From positions 2,170,001-2,234,000 of the forward strand of contig OU015567.1 of NCBI GenBank assembly GCA_907165135.1: a DNA stretch of 64,000 bases, read 5' to 3'. Positions 59,104-64,000 of this stretch are shown piece by piece (position 1 is the stretch's first letter; each line of letters starts with the position of its first letter). A model generated the notes under the pieces. The model saw only the letters and a program-made list of their open reading frames with translations, was not told where the DNA came from and made no database searches. Both the position numbers and the translations under genes were made by a program. The DNA comes from Oikopleura dioica. Lineage: Eukaryota; Animalia; Chordata.

Positions 59104-62100
59104 TTAGTCGTATGACTGACCCGAGTTTGTGCCGATGTTTAGAGGTTCGACGGGCCTCGTTTCACGGTGTGCTCGTTTTGTATGTTTCGGGAGATGAGCT
59201 GCTCCAACTTCGGTTAAAGTCGCATTCGGATCGGCGCCGGCTGAGTATTGACGATCTGGTGAAGACTTTGGACGGGTTCTTTTCTTGCTGTTTTCAGTTG
59301 CTGAGCCCTCAACTACTGTTGAATTTTGTTTATCGACTGACATATGGCTATTGTCGGGCGCAGCAACCTCCGAAATCACTGTAGCATCAGCTGACATGTC
59401 CTCGGCAGTTTCATAAAGAGTACCACCAGAGTACCAGCGATCTGACGGCTCGGCTGGAGCTACCGACGAGTCCAAAATAGATGTAGCGGTTGTATCTCCC
59501 AGATTTTCCATGTCCAATCGGCGTCTACTTTCCAAAATAGGTGATAGAGATGATCTTGGCGGTTTTTCCATAGCAACCATCGGAGTCGACGCGACCTGAG
59601 AAGATTTCCTCCCCCCATGCGACTTCGACCCGGACTTTTCCATCGGTTTGGAAGTAGGAACAGGCGATTTTTGTGGGACTTTCGACTTAACGATTTCGGT
59701 TAAATGTGGGAATACGTACTCGGCCTCGTAGTAATCAATCCAGCGTAAGTCGTGATTTCGTTCTGCGGCGTGAACCACGTGTTCTCGATGGATGAAATCA
59801 CGTTGTCCTTTTTTATCTTCGACCATGACGACCCAGTCGTTGCTCGAAACGGCTTTCAGGGGACCTACCCAGCGTTCCTTCTTGCTTTTAGCGTCGGTCA
59901 GGTTTTCTCGCTTAATGTACACGACAGCGCCAGCGGGGATTGGTCTCGGCTTAGGCTCGTTTTTCAGCCTGTGCTCCATGGCTCGGTCAGCAGCTTCCAT
60001 CGCAGTTTTCACAATGGCTTCCGCCGATTTCGCTAAAGCTCCAACATTGAGACCAAACACCTGAGGTGTTTCCGCTGTCATTTCTGCGCCAGTAGAGTGG
60101 GTGAAAGTACTTTTTCGGCCAAACCAAACTTCTCGCGGTGAAATTTTCGTGCTTTTGTTTTTCACACTATTGAGCGCGCGCATCACGTGGGGAACGCAGT
60201 CGGCCCAAGTTTTTCGACCGGAAGATGAGTTGACCATGCAGAATAGACTGTTTTTGATAGTCCGATTCGCTCTTTCTGCGAAAGCGTTTGATTGAGGGTG
60301 AAATGCGGTACTTATTGTATGTTTTATCTGGTTAAGCTTACACATTTCGTCAATCACGCTTGCGCAGAAGTGGGTACCTCTGTCACTGTGTAGATGTTTC
60401 GGCAAGAAATCCATGGGAAGGAAGACCTTGTAGATGAGCGCTTTTGCAGCGCAGATAGCAGTGTCGGACCGCGTCGGAATGCACCAAGTGTAGCGAGAGA
60501 AAGTGTCCGCCACCACCAAATAATACTTGAATCCGCCAGCGGGAGGCATACAAGCGAAATCGATCTGAATCGATTCGCCAGCTGTTTTTCCACGACGAAG
60601 GGTTCCAAGTGGCGGTTTGGTACGAGTTCCAGCAGATCCTTTTCTGCGTAGGCAAGGGACGCAGCTGTGGACGTAGTTAGAAACATCGTCTTGAAATGAA
60701 GGCCACCAAACGTCCTCTAATCGCTCTAAAGTCCGCGGCTCGCCCAGATGACCGGACAAGTCGTGAGCTAGAAAGAGAAAGTGACTTTTTACCGCTTCCG
60801 GTACCACCGCCCGCGCGCCAGATTTGAATTGACACATCAAGCACCCGGTAGTGTTATCCAGGAACAGAGCTTTTTCCATCTTGAGTAGAGACGATTGTCG
60901 GTGGTCGGAGTCCTTCACCAGCGATTTTATGTCCAGTGGCTCCTTACCAGATTCCAGAAAAGTGATGATTGCACTCAGAGCAGAGTCCTCCCTTTGATAG
61001 TCCAGAATGTTATTATAATTCGCTGACACCAACGGAATCTCCATTGGCGCCGCGATAGCCTTGACGTTTACCTTATGTATCTTCACCTCTGATAAAGTGA
61101 TTTTCTCCGGAAACTGATTTTCGTTCCAGAAAGGGACGAAGACACGTACTGGTGAATTCTTGTCGATTTCGTACTCGCGACCAACGGGAAACTCAGAGTC
61201 GTATCCAAGTGATTTGTCGTCCTCGCCAGGTCTGCGGCTCATAAAATCGGCGAATTGATTTTCTGATCCCTTGATGTAGACAATGTGAAAATCGAATTCT
61301 TCCAATCGGCTTTGCCATCGGCTTATTTTAGAATTCTTGAACTTCTTTTTGTGTAGGAAGATCAAAGATCTGTGGTCTGTGTGAATCTGAAAGAATCTAC
61401 CTTTCAGGAGCTTTTCCAGTCGCTCGCAGCACCAGACAATGCTAAACATTTCCTTTTCTGAAGTGTTCCATTTTCTTTCAGCTTTGTTGAAGGTGTGGGA
61501 AATCGCGCTTACTAGGTGCACTCTCCCGCCATACTCTTGTAGCAGAACACCACCCGCTGCGTACAGGCTCGCGTCTGTGTAGAGGTGAAAAGACTCGTCA
61601 AAGTTAGGAAAGCTTATGACAGGAGTCTCGGAGAGTCGTCGTTGAATTTCCTTGAGCGCCAAATCCGCTTCTTTGGTCCACTTGAAACAATTTGTTTCGT
61701 TCGCCGAATTTCGAACATCGTTTATGGGTTTCATTCTGCTCGAGAAGCAACCGGATGAAATAGCTTCGCCCATTTTTGTTTCTAGAAAACCTCGGATCCA
61801 ATTCAATGACCCGATTAATGAAGCTAACTCCTTTTGGGAGCGTGGGGGTTTCATCTGACGAAGGGCGGAGACTTGCGCAGGGTCCGGTTTGATTCCTTCT
61901 TCGTTGATGATTCGGCCCAAAAAGTGAGCTTCTGATTGTAGGAAAGAGCACTTTTCGCCCTTGAGTTTAGCGTTAAACTTGCGGAGCGCGATGAATAGGT
62001 TTCGGAGAGTGTTGTAATAGCAGCTGAAAGACTTCCCAAAACATACTATGTCATCGATATAAGAAAGCATCTTCTTCCTGGTGGGGCTTGAGTCGAGAAT

Positions 62101-64000
62101 CGTGTTTACGACGCGCGAGAATATATTCCCCGAGCATCGATAACCGAAAGGTAATCTGCAGAAGGCGTAAGATTTCCCACCCCACTGGAAGGAAGTCTTA
62201 TACCTATCGCTTTTCTTAATAGGGCACTGCCAATATCCGCTCCGCAAATCAACTGTGGCGAAATACTTGTTGCCCGGTCCAATGTTCGCGATCGTATCCT
62301 CCATGCTCGGAAGATGATATGGGTCGGATTTGTCGGAGAGGCATTTGTTCAAGCTGTTCTTGTAGTTGATGCAGAAGCGCATTTCCCCAGATTTCTTAGG
62401 GATTGGCAGAACGGGGCTATTAAACCCTTTCTGGTCCTTGATCTCTTCTATTATTTTCGTATCGAGCAGTTCGGAGATGTGATCAGTGACCTGGCCATGA
62501 AAAGCTTGCGGAATAGGGTGTTGACTGATGTTTCGACTCGTACCATCAGTCGGGATTTCGATCTCGAATGGGAATTCACCCATTTTTTGACCGTCGCAGC
62601 CGAATCTGTCGTCGAAATCCAAACACAGCTCGGCGACCACCTTCTTTTGCCCCGGGTCGGCGTTTGCTGGTAGGGTAATTCCGAGTTTTTGCTTCGCTAG
62701 CTGAATGGGGCACCTGGCTGCGTTCTTGTTAGGTGCGTCCAGCTTTGGGACTTTTGGTGGCGGTTGAGTGCGGGATCGATCGCTATCCTTGACCGCTGAT
62801 CTAGTAGTCAAGTATTTCTTGATTTTGGTCCGCTTCACTCCGTCCAGCTTCACCACTTGAGTCTCAGTTTGTGTGAAGGCTTCGTTGTAGCAAAATGAGA
62901 GAGTACGATTCTTATTGTCGACTGTGAAGCTGTCCGTCATCGCATTCTCTAGTATATCGCGGCCCAGTAGACTTGGGTATTTACTGCCTGGCATAATGGT
63001 GAGATTCAGGGAGAATGCAGGGCCACCATTGAATGATAAGCGGCAGGGAAGGATACCCATCGGCTGCTCGGCGGGAATATTTGGGCTGAAACCGGTGACC
63101 TTGAAGGGACAGGGCTTCAGCATCTGGAGAAATTCGTCGGGAACGTAAGCAGCGGACAGACAGGAGGACTCGGCTCCGCTGTCGACTTCCATCGATACGT
63201 CAAAACTTTTAGAGCCCGTAATGATGGTAGCCGAAGCGAAATAAGCCTTTCCTGGTCGCTTCTTCTTCACTGTGTAAAAGTGAACGTCGAATGGTTGGAA
63301 ATCTTCAACGTTCTTAGTCGTATTTATCTTCTTGGATTCTGGTTGTTTATCGTCTTTCCCATCCTTAGAATCGTTGCTGGCGCGCTTAGCATTCTTCTTC
63401 TTTTTGTTCTTATTTCTGTTGAAGTGCTGGGAGACGGTCGCGCTGTCAACTCGATTCTGTCTTGTGGATTGGGCGAGACGGCAGAGTTCGTTGATATCGT
63501 AAACTTTTGATAGGCTTGGAAGGATTGCGTTGAAAACGTCTGGTTCTTCTTTCCTAAGATTCAAGTACAGCATCATCGTCGAGAATATGTCAAATATTTC
63601 ATCGACCCCGGCGTCGGCTGACTTCTCTTGTCGGTAAGAGTTCAAAGTCGCTTGCTTCGCCTCGTTCATCTTTTGCAAGACGTTGGCGGTGTAGTGTGCA
63701 AACGGCTTCGAATGGTCGTATTCGACGTCGAAAACTTCGCTTAGCTTCAGTAAGTAGTGACTCTTCGCGGCGAATGATTTCTCTAGCAGCGCCTTGGCCG
63801 ATTTCCAGTCTTGACAATTCAGAAATTCGGTTCCAAGTGAGCGTTCGATGTTCAAGTCGAAGTGGCTGTACACTGCTGCGATGAAAGGCTGTTCACGTGA
63901 AGGTCTGTCGCGGACGTAGGCGCGGTGATAAATGTCGGCTCTGCCCAAGAAGGTGTTGAAAGATGTGTTGCATGCGGCGTCCAGCTTCGGCAAGTCTTGG
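59104..64000 (-). CDS. Ty3/gypsy gag-pol polyprotein, single uninterrupted ORF, 5' end beyond window
   Basis: Gag-like helical region; protease VDSGA; RT RFCINYK, DLRSGYWQ, LPFG, YIDD; RNase H YTDAS, EKE, TDH; integrase HDLSGH..CVPC, QIDF, SDRG, ERANRTIK; GPY/F-like WVGPL; order PR-RT-RH-IN. Confidence 0.97.
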   Translation of the reverse strand, partial: QDLPKLDAACNTSFNTFLGRADIYHRAYVRDRPSREQPFIAAVYSHFDLNIERSLGTEFLNCQDWKSAKALLEKSFAAKSHYLLKLSEVFDVEYDHSKPFAHYTANVLQKMNEAKQATLNSYRQEKSADAGVDEIFDIFSTMMLYLNLRKEEPDVFNAILPSLSKVYDINELCRLAQSTRQNRVDSATVSQHFNRNKNKKKKNAKRASNDSKDGKDDKQPESKKINTTKNVEDFQPFDVHFYTVKKKRPGKAYFASATIITGSKSFDVSMEVDSGAESSCLSAAYVPDEFLQMLKPCPFKVTGFSPNIPAEQPMGILPCRLSFNGGPAFSLNLTIMPGSKYPSLLGRDILENAMTDSFTVDNKNRTLSFCYNEAFTQTETQVVKLDGVKRTKIKKYLTTRSAVKDSDRSRTQPPPKVPKLDAPNKNAARCPIQLAKQKLGITLPANADPGQKKVVAELCLDFDDRFGCDGQKMGEFPFEIEIPTDGTSRNISQHPIPQAFHGQVTDHISELLDTKIIEEIKDQKGFNSPVLPIPKKSGEMRFCINYKNSLNKCLSDKSDPYHLPSMEDTIANIGPGNKYFATVDLRSGYWQCPIKKSDRYKTSFQWGGKSYAFCRLPFGYRCSGNIFSRVVNTILDSSPTRKKMLSYIDDIVCFGKSFSCYYNTLRNLFIALRKFNAKLKGEKCSFLQSEAHFLGRIINEEGIKPDPAQVSALRQMKPPRSQKELASLIGSLNWIRGFLETKMGEAISSGCFSSRMKPINDVRNSANETNCFKWTKEADLALKEIQRRLSETPVISFPNFDESFHLYTDASLYAAGGVLLQEYGGRVHLVSAISHTFNKAERKWNTSEKEMFSIVWCCERLEKLLKGRFFQIHTDHRSLIFLHKKKFKNSKISRWQSRLEEFDFHIVYIKGSENQFADFMSRRPGEDDKSLGYDSEFPVGREYEIDKNSPVRVFVPFWNENQFPEKITLSEVKIHKVNVKAIAAPMEIPLVSANYNNILDYQREDSALSAIITFLESGKEPLDIKSLVKDSDHRQSSLLKMEKALFLDNTTGCLMCQFKSGARAVVPEAVKSHFLFLAHDLSGHLGEPRTLERLEDVWWPSFQDDVSNYVHSCVPCLRRKGSAGTRTKPPLGTLRRGKTAGESIQIDFACMPPAGGFKYYLVVADTFSRYTWCIPTRSDTAICAAKALIYKVFLPMDFLPKHLHSDRGTHFCASVIDEMCKLNQIKHTISTAFHPQSNAFAERANRTIKNSLFCMVNSSSGRKTWADCVPHVMRALNSVKNKSTKISPREVWFGRKSTFTHSTGAEMTAETPQVFGLNVGALAKSAEAIVKTAMEAADRAMEHRLKNEPKPRPIPAGAVVYIKRENLTDAKSKKERWVGPLKAVSSNDWVVMVEDKKGQRDFIHREHVVHAAERNHDLRWIDYYEAEYVFPHLTEIVKSKVPQKSPVPTSKPMEKSGSKSHGGRKSSQVASTPMVAMEKPPRSSLSPILESRRRLDMENLGDTTATSILDSSVAPAEPSDRWYSGGTLYETAEDMSADATVISEVAAPDNSHMSVDKQNSTVVEGSATENSKKRTRPKSSPDRQYSAGADPNATLTEVGAAHLPKHTKRAHRETRPVEPLNIGTNSGQSYD

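Larger units (their letters stand above)
58536..64000 (-). mobile_element. Ty3/gypsy LTR retrotransposon (Tor-like), 3' portion
   Basis: Intact pol ORF, ~300-bp 3' spacer, polypurine tract and putative LTR. Confidence 0.92.

Noticed and set aside
59112-63884. Plus-strand and alternate-frame ORFs overlapping gag-pol as env or accessory genes
   Set aside because: Short (about 120 aa or less), with no signal peptide/TM/fusion pattern; expected shadows of a long coding ORF.
1-64000. rRNA, tRNA, 5S or spliced-leader RNA genes
   Set aside because: No cloverleaf, A/B-box pair or recognisable rRNA/SL sequence seen by eye; a tRNAscan/Infernal run would be needed to exclude them.

Overview
Compact, AT-rich eukaryotic DNA with tiny introns, several GA-AG non-canonical introns and a Ty3/gypsy element. 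This best fits a larvacean tunicate (Oikopleura-like); that is inferred from gene structure, not proven. Recognisable genes in order: heparan-sulfate 6-O-sulfotransferase; a secreted EGF-EGF-C-type lectin protein with a nested antisense gene; a 51-aa single-TM micropeptide; two orphan secreted Cys proteins; three paralogous GNAT acetyltransferases; a GT31 glycosyltransferase; a TECR-like reductase; a GnRH-receptor-like GPCR; glycyl-tRNA synthetase; a trypsin-like protease with four C-terminal Cys modules; an MCF2L/Dbs-like RhoGEF; a NERD-domain protein; and the 3' part of an intact gypsy gag-pol with its 3' LTR. Non-autonomous elements of at least four DNA transposon types are present (TCA-TSD, hAT, Tc1/mariner, piggyBac). 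Best leads: (1) upstream GST-like exons that can splice in frame onto GlyRS; (2) a hAT element inserted exactly at a GlyRS splice donor, creating a GC...AG|GT recursive-intron-like arrangement; (3) an intron-containing NERD nuclease-fold gene; (4) an LTR with TA...TA termini; (5) a GNAT triplet with RRxS-rich tails. All exon boundaries and protein matches were read by eye from remembered family motifs and need transcript and profile-search confirmation.
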